DNA from: the human T2T-CHM13v2.0 reference genome, Homo sapiens
NCBI RefSeq assembly: GCF_009914755.1
Contig: NC_060935.1
Reading direction: 5' to 3' (one strand)
DNA length: 64,000 nt
Shown here: positions 25,001-37,913 of the stretch, one piece after another
How the letters are laid out: every line of letters begins with the position of its first letter
Numbering within the stretch: the first letter of the stretch is position 1
Translations under genes and position numbers: made by a program
The notes under the pieces: model-generated
The model's database searches: none
Told to the model about the DNA's origin: nothing
Seen by the model: only the letters and a program-made list of their open reading frames with translations

Positions 25001-27066
25001 CAAGTTTCAAATCATTAAGAATTATGTTTATAACAGTGTTTATGGATTCTGTTATATATGTAGTAGTAGCTTTCTAAAAAGTACAAAAATATGTACATCA
25101 AATTCAAGGATAATTCTTACCACTGGAGAGAAAAGAAAACAAATGGGATTATAGCATTAGAGGCAAATTTGATCTCCTTTACATTTTGTAAAGATTCCAC
25201 CATTATTATCGGTATACTTTCATGTAATAAGACAAAGATTGTTGTCCTAACAATATCATAATCAATGTAATATATTTATGCCATAGGCAAGTCTACCTTA
25301 TCCTGGTTTGCAATAATAAGGGCGGTGATACTGCCATTCATATGCCCCTGATCATTCCACCCTGCATGGAAAATTCTCAAATGACGCTGATGGAGGAAAA
25401 TAAACCAAGCACATTGTATAAACCATCTTGCTTCCTAAATATATAATAGCATTTTATTGTCTGCTTGAGGTAAACATGATAGTTTAGATAGTAATCAATT
25501 AAGAACTAATTGTCCACAACAGTAAATATTTGGCGAGCTTTGATCAATGCACAAATAATAACAAGGTGTTCACTTATTCCATCTAATTAACTTTGATGTC
25601 TTTTATATGTCCTGTTTACAGACTGTTAGTGTTTAAGCATAACATTTGTTAAAGCAAAACACACATATTTTTATTCAGGTAAAAATACAATTAATTTGGA
25701 AATATGCATTTTTATATCTTTGGCATAAAAATAAGAATCATTTTGGTAAATTTCAGACAATTTTTCTATGCAGTTAAGAGTGAGATCTGTTTTTAATCAC
25801 TGTATTCACTCAGTCGTGTTCCTGAGATGAAATGATTTTATTGGTCTTGGGATTCACAGCAAAATATCAAGGAAAAGGTAGCAGGTGTTCAGGCCTTAAT
25901 TAGGGATGTCAGGGCAAAAATATCCTCAGCATAATCATGGGTGAATTAACTGTTTTTTTCGTAATGATTTCCCAGAAAATTTGTCTTGCCTAGTTACTGC
26001 TCTAGGTATAAGTTACTTCTTGCATCATAATGTTTTATATTGCCTGATAGAGGTTTGCATTGACTTGTGAAAACTGCAGGCTTCTGGCAATAAAAAACCT
26101 ATTAAATTTTTATTCATCACACACATTTTGGTTATGAAGAGCTAGCTCATTGTTCTTTCAAAACAAAATCTTCTGTATATCCTTTTGTGAATTATTTGTC
26201 CTAAAATCAGCATTTTAACTAAGATATTAACTCACCTACAGGTTTTCAGAATTAAAAGAAATGATACATAAAAACTTTTCATAATTTTTATTTTTAATTT
26301 TTAGAGGTACATAATAGTTGTACATATTTATGGGTATATGTGATATCCAAATACAAGCATACAATGTGTAATAAATTAGGGTAATTGAAATATCAATTAC
26401 CTCAAATATTTATCATTTCTTTGTGTTGGGTACATTTCAAATCAACTTCTCTAATTATTTTGAAATATATAACAAATTATTATTCACTATAGTCTTCCTA
26501 TTGTGCTACTAAATGATAGATCTTTTTCCCACTATCTAACTGTATTTTCATACCCAGTAACCAACCCATCTTCTTTCTCTTCTCCAAACTACCCCTTTGA
26601 TCCACTGATAACCATCATTCTACCCTCTGCCTCAAGGAGAATCAGTTTTTATCTTCCACATATGAGTGAGAATGGATAATAATTGTCTTTCTGTGCCTGG
26701 CTTATTTTGCTTAAGTTACTGACTTCCAATTGTATCCATGTTGCTCCATTGACATTATGTCACTTCTTTTATGGCTGAATAACATTAAAATGTGTATATA
26801 TACAACATTTTCTTTATCCATTGATGTTCACTAAGATTGATTCCATATTTGCTGTTGTAAATAGTGCTGCAACAAACATAAAAGTGCAGATAGCTTACTG
26901 ATATACTGAACTTCTTTATTTTGGTTACGTATCCATCAGTAGGATTGCTGGATCATATGGAAGTTCTATTTTTAATTTTTAGAGGGATCTTTATGCTGTT
27001 TTTCATAGTGGCTATACTAATTTACATTCCCACCAACAGTGTGTGAGTGTCTCTTTTCTCTTATGA

Positions 27067-27690
27067 TGATATGGTTTGGCTCTGTATCCCCACCCAAATC
27101 TCATATGGTTTGGCTCTGTATCCCCACCCAAATCTAATACTGAATTGTAATTCCCAGTGTCGGAAGAAGGACCTGGTGGGAGGTGATTGAATCATGGGGG
27201 CAGACTTCCTCTAGTGCTATCTTGTGACAAAATTGTCATGAGATCTGGTTGTTTGAAAGTGCATAGCACCTCCTGCTTTGCTCTCTCTCTCTCTCTCCTG
27301 CCATCCATGTGAATATGTACTTGCTTCCCCTTCATACTCTGCCATGATTGTAAGTTTCCTGAGGCTTCCCCAGATACAGAAGCTGGTATAGCCTGAAGAA
27401 CCATTAGGTGATTAAACATCTTACATCTTTCTTTAGAAATTATCCAGTCTCAGGTATGTCTTTTTTCTTTTTTTTTTTTCTTCCCTGAGATGGAGTTTTC
27501 ATTCTGTCGCCCAGGCTGGAGTTCATTGGCACAATCTTGGCTCACTGCAACCTTCTCCTCTCAGGTTCAAGCTATGCCTCAGCCTCCTGAGTAGCTGGAA
27601 TTACAGACACGCACAACCACACCTGGCTAATTTTTGTACTTTTAGTAGAGAAGATATGTCTTTATAGCAGTGTGAGAACAGACTAATACA
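27067..27690 (+). mobile_element. MaLR LTR (MSTA-like) inserted in L1
   Basis: 'tgatatggtttggctctg' to 'gactaataca'; 5-bp TSD tatga/gatga. Confidence 0.9.
27461..27651 (-). mobile_element. 5'-truncated AluS (right monomer plus linker) inserted in MST LTR
   Basis: Poly-T, right monomer, ends 'tttagtagaga'; TSD ag(g/a)tatgtcttt at 27452-27463 and 27652-27663. Confidence 0.9.
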
Positions 27691-29114
27691 GATGATATCT
27701 CATTGTACTTTTGATTTCAATTTCTCTGATGTTTAGTTTTGTTGAGAATTTTTTCGCATACCTTTTGGTCATTGATAGGTCTTCTCCATGAAAGATGTCT
27801 ACAATGAAAATTCTGAAACACTGATGAAATAAGTTGAAGACTACACAGAAAACGGAAAGAAATCTCATGTTTATGGATTGGAAGAATCAATATGGTTAAA
27901 ATGCTCATACTACTGAAGGTGATCAACAGATTCAATGCAATCCTTAACCTATGACATTCTTCACATAAATAGAAAAAACAATTATAAAATGTATGTAGAA
28001 CCACAAAATACCCAGAACAACCAAAGTAATTATAGGCAAAAAGAAAAAAGCTAGACACATCCCATTACTTGACTTCAAATAGTAAAGCTGTAATAATCAT
28101 TGCAGCATGGTACTAGCATAAAAACAGACAAATAGACCAATGGAACAGAATAGAGAACTCAGAAATAAATCCACAAACTTAAAATGAACACATTTTTGAC
28201 TAAAGTACCGAGAATTTACACTGAGGAATATCAGCCTCTTTAAAAAATGCTGTTGGGAAAACTGGATCTCTGTAATGCAGAAGAATGAAACGAGACCCCC
28301 TTTTCACCATATAACATCTTAGTTAAATATTAAATGGATTAAAAACTTAAATGCAAGAACTTAATCTATGTAACTGCTAGAAGAAAATATTAGGGAAATG
28401 CTTCAGGATATTGGCCTGGACAAAGATTTCTTGAGTAGGACCTCAAAAGCACAGGCAACCAAAGCAAAAAATAGACAAATGGGATTAAATCAAGCTAAAA
28501 TGTTTCTGCACAACAAAGGAAAAAATTAACAGTTACAACAACCTACAGAATGGCAGAAGATATTTGCAAACTATTCAACTAATGAAGAATTAATAACCAG
28601 AATATATAAGAACATTGACATTTTAAGACATTGGTTTGGGCAAAGATTTCTTGGGTAAGACCTTAAAGGCACAGGCAAGCAAAACAAAAATGGACAAATG
28701 GCATCAAATCAAGCTAAAATGTTTCTGCACATCTAAAGAAACAGTTAACAAAGTTGAGACAACCCTATAGAATGGGAAAAAATGTTTGCAAACTGTTCAA
28801 CTAACAAGGAATTAATAACCAGAATATATAAAGGAGTCAAACAACTCAATAGCAAAATAAACACATAATTTGAGTAAAATATGGCAAAATCTTTTTATCT
28901 TTTGTAAGCCGCATCCTGATTTCAGAAATTTTTAAGTAAAAAATTGTGTATCTAAGAATTGACAATGTAAAATATTTTCATTTCACTTTCATATTAATCA
29001 CTATACACTACGCATTATCTTATGATTGACTCATGTTTCCTTATCACTTGAAAACTTACATGTTTGAAGGACATATACCCTTTTACAAAATATGTAGTTT
29101 TTAAATCCCATTTA

Positions 29115-30110
29115 AAAAATGTTTGTCTTCATTTCAGTAGTTTTAAGGGTACCGGTAGTTTTTGATTATGTTTATAAGTTCCTTAGCAGTGATTTCTGAG
29201 ATTTCAGTGCACCCATCACCCAAGCAGCGTACACCCAATATGTAGTCTTTTGTCCTTCAACCCCTTCCCAGTTTTCCCCTTGAGTCCACAAAGTCCATGC
29301 ACATCCTCATAGCTTAGCTCCCATTTATAAGTGAGAACAAACTATATTTGGTTTTCAATTCCTGAGTTACTTCACTTAGAATAATGGCCTCCAGCTCCAT
29401 CCCAATTGCTGCAAAAGACATAATTTTGTTCCTTTTTTATTCCATGGTGTATATAAACCCCATTTTCTTTATCCACTCATTGGTTGACGGGCACCTAGGT
29501 TAGTTTCACATCTTTGCAACTGTGAATTGTGTTGTTATAAACATACAAATGCATGTGTATTTTTCATAAAATGACTTATTTTCATTTGGGGACTATATTT
29601 GTCCATTCTCACACTGTATAAAGAACTGCCCAAGACTGGGTAATTTATAAAGAAAAGAGATGTAATTAACTCACAGTTCTGCATGGCTGGGTAGGACTCA
29701 GGAAACTTACAATCATTTTGGAAGAGGAAACAGGCACATATTACATGGTGGCAGGAAACAGAATGTGGGTGCAAGTGCAGGAAACATTTTATAAAACCAT
29801 CAGGTCTCATGAGAGTTCACTCACTATCATGAGAAAAGCATGGGGGGAAAGCATCTCCTTCAACAGGTGGAGATTGCAATTTGAGATGAAATTTGGGTGG
29901 GGACACAGAACCAAACCATATCAGGTACATACCCAGTAGTGGGATTGCTGGAGTGAATGGTAGTTCTACCTTTAGTTCTTTAAGAAATCTTCATGCTGTT
30001 TTTCATAGTGGTTTTAAAAATTTAAATTCCCACCAGCAGTGTAAAAATATTCCCTTTTTCACCACATCCAGGCCCACATCTATTTTTTTTTTTACTTTTT
30101 AATTATGTCT
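29115..30110 (-). mobile_element. L1PB 3' end, interrupted by a MaLR LTR
   Basis: 'gtgatttctgagatttcagtgcacccatcacccaagcag' and 'cctgagttacttcacttagaataatggcc'. Confidence 0.9.
29594..29923 (-). mobile_element. MaLR solo LTR (THE1D/MSTA-like)
   Basis: Ends 'gggtggggacacagaaccaaaccatatca'; TSD gggac/ggtac; L1 is contiguous across it. Confidence 0.9.
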
Positions 30111-30766
30111 ATATTTTATGAAATATTTAAATTTAACTAAATGTGAAGCTCAAGCAGTCATATAAAGTGGCTGCTGTATAATCAGTTTAGTACCTTTAAA
30201 ATAGGAAATTCTTTACACAACAATGACACATTCTAGTTTTAAACTGGATGCTTCTGCAGGTGATTTTGCTCTCCTTTTGAATTTAATTAAACTTACAAAA
30301 TGTAATGGCATATTTACAGCTGCCTGAGAGCAATGGTAAGTTTTATTTAGATCTGAAAACAATGTGATACACACATTTTCATAATTTATAATTTATGTAA
30401 GCATAAGTAATCTATGATTCTGAAATATGCCATAAAAAATTACTGGGGTTCAATCATTTCACTTTACAGTTATGCATAGTGCTATGATCCCATCTCATGA
30501 TTTTAAACTTGTACTAAGATACTTATATCTTACTTATTTCTTATTGATTTCCTGAGCCTTTTCTCCCAGTCTTTCTCTTAATTCCTAAAGAAAATTATTC
30601 CAAAGAGAACATGGTTAATACATAATCTGAAACTGTGGTATAAGTTAGAGGCTCACAGTTATTTTTAAAATCATTGCAAGATTATTTTTTACAATGATAA
30701 AGAGAAAATATGTAATGTTAGGTTAGGTAGGACTTGCAAGTATCTATAGTTGTGTTTCAGATAATT

Positions 30767-31260
30767 TGTAGGGGACTTCTGGTCTATCCAGCATTTGACT
30801 AAACATCTATTTAGAAATGTTTCCCAGGTATTGGTAAGAAAGTTCTGCCTTTTCACGCAGAAGAAAGTGGTAGGAATACATTTCATTTTTCCTTTTCCTG
30901 GCAGCTACATTGTGGACATGTGACCTAAGCTTGGCCAAATGTATATTCCTATCTGCTCTTCTGTCTTATAGTAACAACAAGACATGACAAGACATTTTTT
31001 AAGCCAGATAAGATTTATGGTGGAATAAAAAGACTCAAGTATTGTGAATGACTAATGATGCTAGTTCTAGAAACATGTAACAAAATTCCAGAAATGTAGA
31101 GCTCCAAGGATAGTTGTAGCCGAGCATGCGTTATTGTTCCTAATCAGTATTTCTCTTTCCAGATCCTAACTCTGCCTTTTCCTTTATTGGATCTGGGCAT
31201 TGATAAATTTTCTTCTGCTGGTAACCTCTAACTATTCTCTAGTAATTCTATCAAATATCA
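30767..31260 (+). mobile_element. Old ERVL-type LTR fragment
   Basis: 'cctggcagctac...catgtgacctaagcttggccaa' motif typical of LTR16/67/79-class LTRs. Confidence 0.4.
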
Positions 31261-34200
31261 CATATTCGCAACTAGGTATTCAGGCTTGTGCTGTGAACCT
31301 AAACCGGCATTTTGATTGGTTAAAAATGTGCCATGTGTTACTCATCAGTCTTGAGAGTTGAGTCAATACTACCCACACCAAAAGGTTTAATGTGGAAGAG
31401 AAATGTGACCCTTGGCAAAAATCTTGGGGTGATAACAAGAAGGAGAAACAATAGAGGCTAGCTAGATAGGTAGAAACAACAGCAATTTTCTCCATTTGGT
31501 AAAGACTCTTCTAAATGACTTCTCTGTATAATTCAAGAGGGAAACAAGCAGTTTCAGTTTTTTGAGGAACTAAGCCTGTGAGTTGAAAGCTGTAGGTCAT
31601 GGATAAAATACCAGTTGGGAATAGTGGAGGTGAGTACAGCTACTGGATTTAAAACTATAATGCACAGTTTATTCAAGCCCAATTTTAATATATTCAGAAA
31701 AAATTATCTTCTTAAGTATCAGTGTTTTGCCAACGTTCAAACAAATGCTGGGCTAATAATCATTTAAATAATTTTTTTCAATAAGAGGCATTGCAATCGT
31801 AAGCAAATAGGCAAGATGATCAGGACAATTAATGTGAGTTCCACATTTTGAAAACAATTTTACAGCACTTATTTTAATTTAGGCAATTAACATGTCACTC
31901 AGCTTTCCCTTTCCTCACACCAACAAAATATTCCTATTCCTCTTAAATCAGATCAATGTGAGTAGTGAAAATGATAAAAATGCATTTATGTACAATTGTG
32001 CAATGCAATAACATTTTCACGAACATCATCCTGTTAGAACATAAAATCCACGAGGGTAAGGTTTTTCATTTTTTTATCATTATCTGTATTTATAGTTTCT
32101 AAAACAGAGTGAAGAATGAATAAATATATAATTTTACTGGTATCAAAAGGCAAAGTAAATTTTAGTTGCTGGGCTGGAAAAAATATTTATTCACTCATAT
32201 ATGTGTTGTATGTAATCAATTATATATGTATATTCTCATATATTTTTACAAAAAGTATATACACAGATTTAGAAATATCCATATATATGGTCCTTTCTAA
32301 GTTGAACTTGTCTTTTTACTTAACCATGCAATTTGTCAAAGAATATATTAATACTTTAAAAGTCAGAAGACCACTAATGAATGTATCAGGCGATAAGAAT
32401 TGGAGTAACAGCTTACAAGTTGCTCCAAACAAAGTAAAATAAATAAATAAATAAAAAACAATAAAACTTTTAGTTAAATGGGAAAAATATTGATAAATGG
32501 CTAAACTCTTTCTGAAAACTAAATAACAATTAGTCCCAACTTCAGTCAAACATCCACTAACTTATGGAGACTTTTCTGACTTCATGGGTTGCCTACAGCT
32601 AATTTGAAGAGAAAGGTTTGGAAACCATTATTTCATTAAAAGGTGCATAGGATAACTGTGAAATCTATTCAGATAACCTCGATGAAGGGCACGGGCCCGG
32701 TTTAAAGCATTGGGAAAAGCTGACAAGATGAAGTGTCTTCTCAATTTATTCTTAAAGAATGAATAGAAGCTTTCCTAAAAAAAAAGAATGAGAGGAAAAC
32801 TTCCAGCAAGGTGAGAAAACCATTTCAGGTGAAATTTTCAGTTATTTGGGGAAACTATTTTATAATTGGTTTCAATTTTAATTTAGACTGTCAGCAGACC
32901 AGTTGACTCACTATGAAATCTACTTATAGTTGCGTTTCTTAGTGTAGACGGTACCATCTATAAAAGGTGTTTTGAAAATTAGTGGTGATACATTGGTCAC
33001 AGTATTTGTGCAATAATTGGAAAATATACTGCCATGGAGTCAGAGGCAGGAGCAAAAAAGTGGGATATTTTGTAAAGCCCAGAAAGTTTTATACAAAGGA
33101 AATGTATTCCACAGCTCACCAAAATTTTAAATGCCCTGTCAGAACTTCATTTAGAATCACAAAATAAACTTAAAATACATTAAATTATATACTATAAAAT
33201 AAAACGAACTACTTACAATTATCTCAGTAGAGAACCTAACTGATTTTCTACTTACAGAAAGATTTTGAGTTTAATACATCATAAGTCTAGGTATGCAGCT
33301 ACTAACTGAAATTAGGATATGCTTTTTAGGTTATTTTGTTCAGAACTTTACTAAGATTAGTGCTGCTTGTGATATTTGAGTTCCAATGCAGTAAGCCTTA
33401 ATATTCTACGTTTAATATGGTTTTACTTATGTACTTCCACATATAGGCATCAGCCTTTCTTAATTTTTCTGGAGGGTTGTGCCTGAAATTTACATATTAG
33501 GGTACATATTATGAAATATTTTCCACCTATTTTTTATGACAGTGCAAGCTTTATTTTTGTTGTTATTATTGTCTTAATTATATATATAGATAAGTTATAT
33601 TATGTGTGGGTATCTTTTCAGGAAAGTAAAATATCACAACGTATGCTTTATCTAAATGATATGATAGGGTTAGGAACTGCTGTTCGGAAAGGATAAAAGG
33701 AATAGTACAAATTGCAGAAACCTGTAAAAACTAAATTCTCAAAACCTATGCACTATTGAACTATACACTTTTTCTAAATTAAAAAAGTAAGTGTTGCACT
33801 AATCATGAGAGAAAATGTTACAACAGTGAAAAATTTCAAAGTCAGCACCCTTCTTCACTCACCTCTGCTACCTATGTCTCTAAAATGACTGTGTTTCTAA
33901 CTCATGAATAACCACAGCAGGAGTTGTGACAAGAGGCTGCCCTGAGTCCAGTTCAGCTTTCTGGCTCAATGGGTGCAGCTGCAGCTGTTTTTAATCAGAT
34001 ACATTTTTGGATATCTTTCCAGAGAGTGAAGTGCTCTAATTTTGAAGTTCCAGGAATAACATTTGGCTTAATGGAAATGTATGAGTGTACACAGTTGCCT
34101 AGAACTACTGGCTGCTGGAGTGAACTGTGGACATGCATCAAAATCACTGCCCATTTCAATGTGCCATATACGTTTCCATGTTCAGGCCTGACGGTCTTCC

Positions 34201-35366
34201 CTATACCCATCCAGATTTGTCATCCAAATGTGTTGTAAACATTTAACCTGAAACCCTGTGAATTATGCTGTCCAATTATATTGGAATCTGAACAAATGGA
34301 CAGAAAGGAATACCAGTAAATTCATCATTGTATTAGCTGAGACAAATACCTTTTTTTTTGTCCTTTTTCTATTTAAGCCAATATAGTATATTCAAATGAA
34401 AGTGAATGCAGTACGTAGTACGTAGGGATCTCTCCAAATCTATAACATGCATGAAACCAAAGATTCTCACTAGAAATTTTAAAAATTAAATGCCTTTATG
34501 TCAATATAAACCCAAAAATATGCTAGAAAAAAGGAAGGTTTAAAATCATATTAGAACATAGCTATGATATAAAAGTAATGTATGCATCAAAGTAGACAGC
34601 CCTCATTTTAATGAACTTAAAAATAAAATTAAGTATTTATACTTAATGAATACGAAATGTAGATATGTAAATATATACAGAGATCCACCAACTAGTTTTA
34701 AATGTTTGATCAAACTGACATTTACCAGCATTATTTTAGTTGAAAATCATGTAATTAAATTGAGAATTGTTGATGTGATTTTATAAATGATATTCATCAT
34801 ATGCTTCCATTAATTTGACTTTGATGACCATATGAGATCAGCATTTTTGAATTTACCCATTGCTTGATGATTGGCTATTGGCAAATAGATTAACCATTTT
34901 GTCATGTCATTCTGATTTATGTGTGAGAACACTGTGATAGCTAAACTAGATTTTGAGTGGAAAGGAGCAGTTATTGAGTATGACAGGAGCTACTTTTCCC
35001 TAAATTAAACTTATTGAGGCACTGGGAACCCCTTTTGCTCTGGCGTAAAGGAGTACACTATTTTCTTGATAATCACATAACCTGAATTTTTAAATCTAAA
35101 ATATATTTTTGTACCTGTGATTATTACTGTAATAAGTATTTAATAATATTCACATAAAATTGTGCATAGAAATAAATATATTTGTAGAAATATATGGATA
35201 TATTTGTAATACTAGGAAGCTCTAAGCACAAAAATAAAAACAAGACTGTAAACATAAAATTTAGGACCACAGATGCTGAAAGCCAGGCATTGGACATTTA
35301 GAGGCGGTGCAAGACTTACTTTGAATCTCAGTAATACACAATTATATCATTATTATATTATGGAAC

Positions 35367-35591
35367 CAGAGATGAGAATCTATGGAGCAAATCTGGTCTG
35401 GCATCTATTTTTGTAAATAAAGTTTTATTGAAACACTGCTATGCCTATTTTTCACCCTGTTGTTGCTTTTCACCCTGTTGGCTTTTGTGCTATGGCATCA
35501 GAGTTAAGTAATTGTGACAGAGACCATATGGTCCTAAAAAATTAAATTATTTACCGTTTGGCATGTTACAAATATGTTCTGCTAATCCCTA
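35367..35591. mobile_element. MER58A (hAT-Charlie MITE)
   Basis: 'tttttgtaaataaagttttattgaaaca', 'agagttaagtaattgtgacagagaccatatgg'. Confidence 0.85.
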
Positions 35592-35909
35592 TTCTAGCAT
35601 ATTAATTAGCATTTGTAGTTGAGTTCTGAGCCATTAAAATTGCATATGTTTATTTAATATGTTTCATTATTCTACTTAGAAAAACAGAAACATGCATGAT
35701 ATCTTTGGTTAATAATTCTACAACCCAAAAATTGTGTTCATAGATTAAACACTCCAGTGCTTCCTTTTAAATGCCCTTCTATTGAATGTGTCTGGAATCA
35801 GCAGATAATTTATTATTTTTTTATTCTGACAACCAAGTAGTGTGGCCATTTGGAATTCAATCATGTGTTTTAGATACAATGACTTTAACTGAGGCCACAA
35901 TCTCTTTCA

Positions 35910-36050
35910 GTGTATTTAATTCATTCATTCAACATTTATTGAACACTATATTTGTGCTATTCACCGAGAACATTTCCTAAGTGCAGGTGTATGAAGGAAA
36001 CATGATTCTAAAGCTAAAGGAGATCTTACCCTAGTGAGAAGAACCAAAAT
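35910..36050 (-). mobile_element. L2 3' end
   Basis: 'attcattcattcaacatttattgaacact'. Confidence 0.7.
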
Positions 36051-37426
36051 AAGAATCATCACCACTATTCTGTTTGGTTCAAACTCATGCTTCACTGGGG
36101 GAGCACAGTGCAGTGTGTTGTAAACTCACTTCCATGTTCAGGGTGCCAAGACATTACAGAAATAAATACAGTTAAGATTATTGCATAGTATTTACAGACA
36201 AGGTTTCTTCTTTATGTTCTCCAGGAGCAAAATCCAGAAGAAGCTAATAGATGCTTTAAGTGTTTTTGAAATATGGATGTAAGATGTTCAACTTTGGCTA
36301 GTGAGTTCATACAACACAATAACATTCCTTGGAGACATTAAATTTCCAGCTCTTTCTATAGCATTAGAACCATCTTAATTAACAAATTTTCCTTGAGCAT
36401 CAAAAACAAATAGAATACTGTTGCTGGTACAAAAAAGGGAAATAAATATCAGATCTGGATTAAGCTTTCAACTGGGGTGAGGAAATGCCAAATAATGAAA
36501 CATGTCTAAAATGCTCAGTATACTACTCATAAGATTCCACAGTCTAAATAAAAGATCAGGCCGGATAGGTTCTCCCAATTTTTTTCAAGGAATCTGGCAA
36601 GATATAAAAGACCATTGTCTTTGAATGATAAGTCTGAAATCTGGACAGAGTACTGAACCCATGCATCCAAAATATTACTTTTCTTTCTCTGAAGATAATT
36701 TCAGACAATATCTCAACCTCATAAAGAGAATGAGGTTCCTTCTCAACATGCTTTTGAGAGGACTGACCAAAGTACTTCCATGGAACCTTGTAAAAGACAA
36801 GTGTTATGCATAATGTAAGCAAGGACCAGAGGCGAAAAATGCAGATCACTACTGTCAAATATGACCAAGTGTGAAACAGATTTATTTTGGACCTGATTAA
36901 AAAAAAAAAAAAAAAGTAGAGTTTTTCGTATGTATTTTTTCCTAGAAGTAAGTTAAATACTTTTATGATTTTTCATCTTGTGTAAACTATCTGAAGAAAA
37001 ATGAATAATGGAAAACTCTTGATTTCACACAACCAGAGTGCATGTATTTATACTTAGGAAGTTTCTCAAAATAGAAAATTCACATTTCAAGATCATCGCT
37101 GAGTGCCTCCCTAGAAAAGTTTTGACTCATTCAGTCTAAACTGTGAGCCCTTTATTATTTTTCCACAGCTCATAAACTTCAGCTCCATTGTACATGTTAT
37201 ACTTTGTAACTTCATAGTTTTAAATTTATGTATTTGTGTGAATATATAGAAAAGTATATATGTATATATATGTGTCTTTATATATATCCTGTTTTCTTGG
37301 ATTTTTGATTTTGTTCTTGTTTTTTTTTTTTTCTTTCTGACATGTCAGAACTATAAACTACATACTCCATAATGTCTTTTTGAAAACAGAAGTAAGAGAT
37401 ACATTCTTCATTTGAAAGTGATCCAT

Positions 37427-37912
37427 GGAGTGACATCAGCAAGATAAACAACTAAATTGCCTGGCTTTGGGTGCCTTTGGCACCCCAAAATGTGCCAAAA
37501 CAATGATTAAACAACTACATTTTGGCTAGAATATCTGAGGAATTGTACTGGAGAGTGCCAAGGGAACAGTGAAATGCTTGTGGAGCACAGAAGCTCAGGA
37601 TAGTCAATAAAGAGGGCAGTGAGGCATCCTGCCTCTGCCATATTGTCTCTCTCACTGGGATCAGATCAGAGCCAGAGTACTCTTCTTATGGGCAAAAGGT
37701 GAGATGGATACCCTTAGCAATCCTCATTACCATCATAGACACCAGCAGTCATTGCTACAGAAGGGTCCCCCAGTCTTCACAGACCCCAAGTCCAGTGTGA
37801 ACAGTTAGTTGCCAAGAGTCCACACAACTGTATTTCCCGAGAGCAGGGACTCCCTTTATGTCCTCAAACCTTGAAACCTAAGTGGTTATGGCATACCTTC
37901 CTTTTGAAACTG
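37427..37912 (+). mobile_element. Old L1 5' end (L1M2/L1M3-type 5'UTR)
   Basis: Begins 'ggagtgacatcagcaagat' (decayed YY1 motif of L1 5' ends), followed by a 5'UTR-like sequence. Confidence 0.6.
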
Positions 37913-37913
37913 T

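Larger units (their letters stand above)
26285..28890 (-). mobile_element. L1MA-type element with 5' inversion (minus 26285-27785; inverted ORF2 piece on plus 27788-28890), interrupted by an MST LTR
   Basis: Reverse L1MA 3'UTR from 26285; strand switch near 27787; the plus piece is ORF2 ending just upstream of where the minus piece starts. Confidence 0.85.

Noticed and set aside
33969-34238. Overlapping 89-aa (+) and 71-aa (-) ORFs in unique DNA
   Set aside because: No recognisable protein similarity; lengths are within chance expectation.
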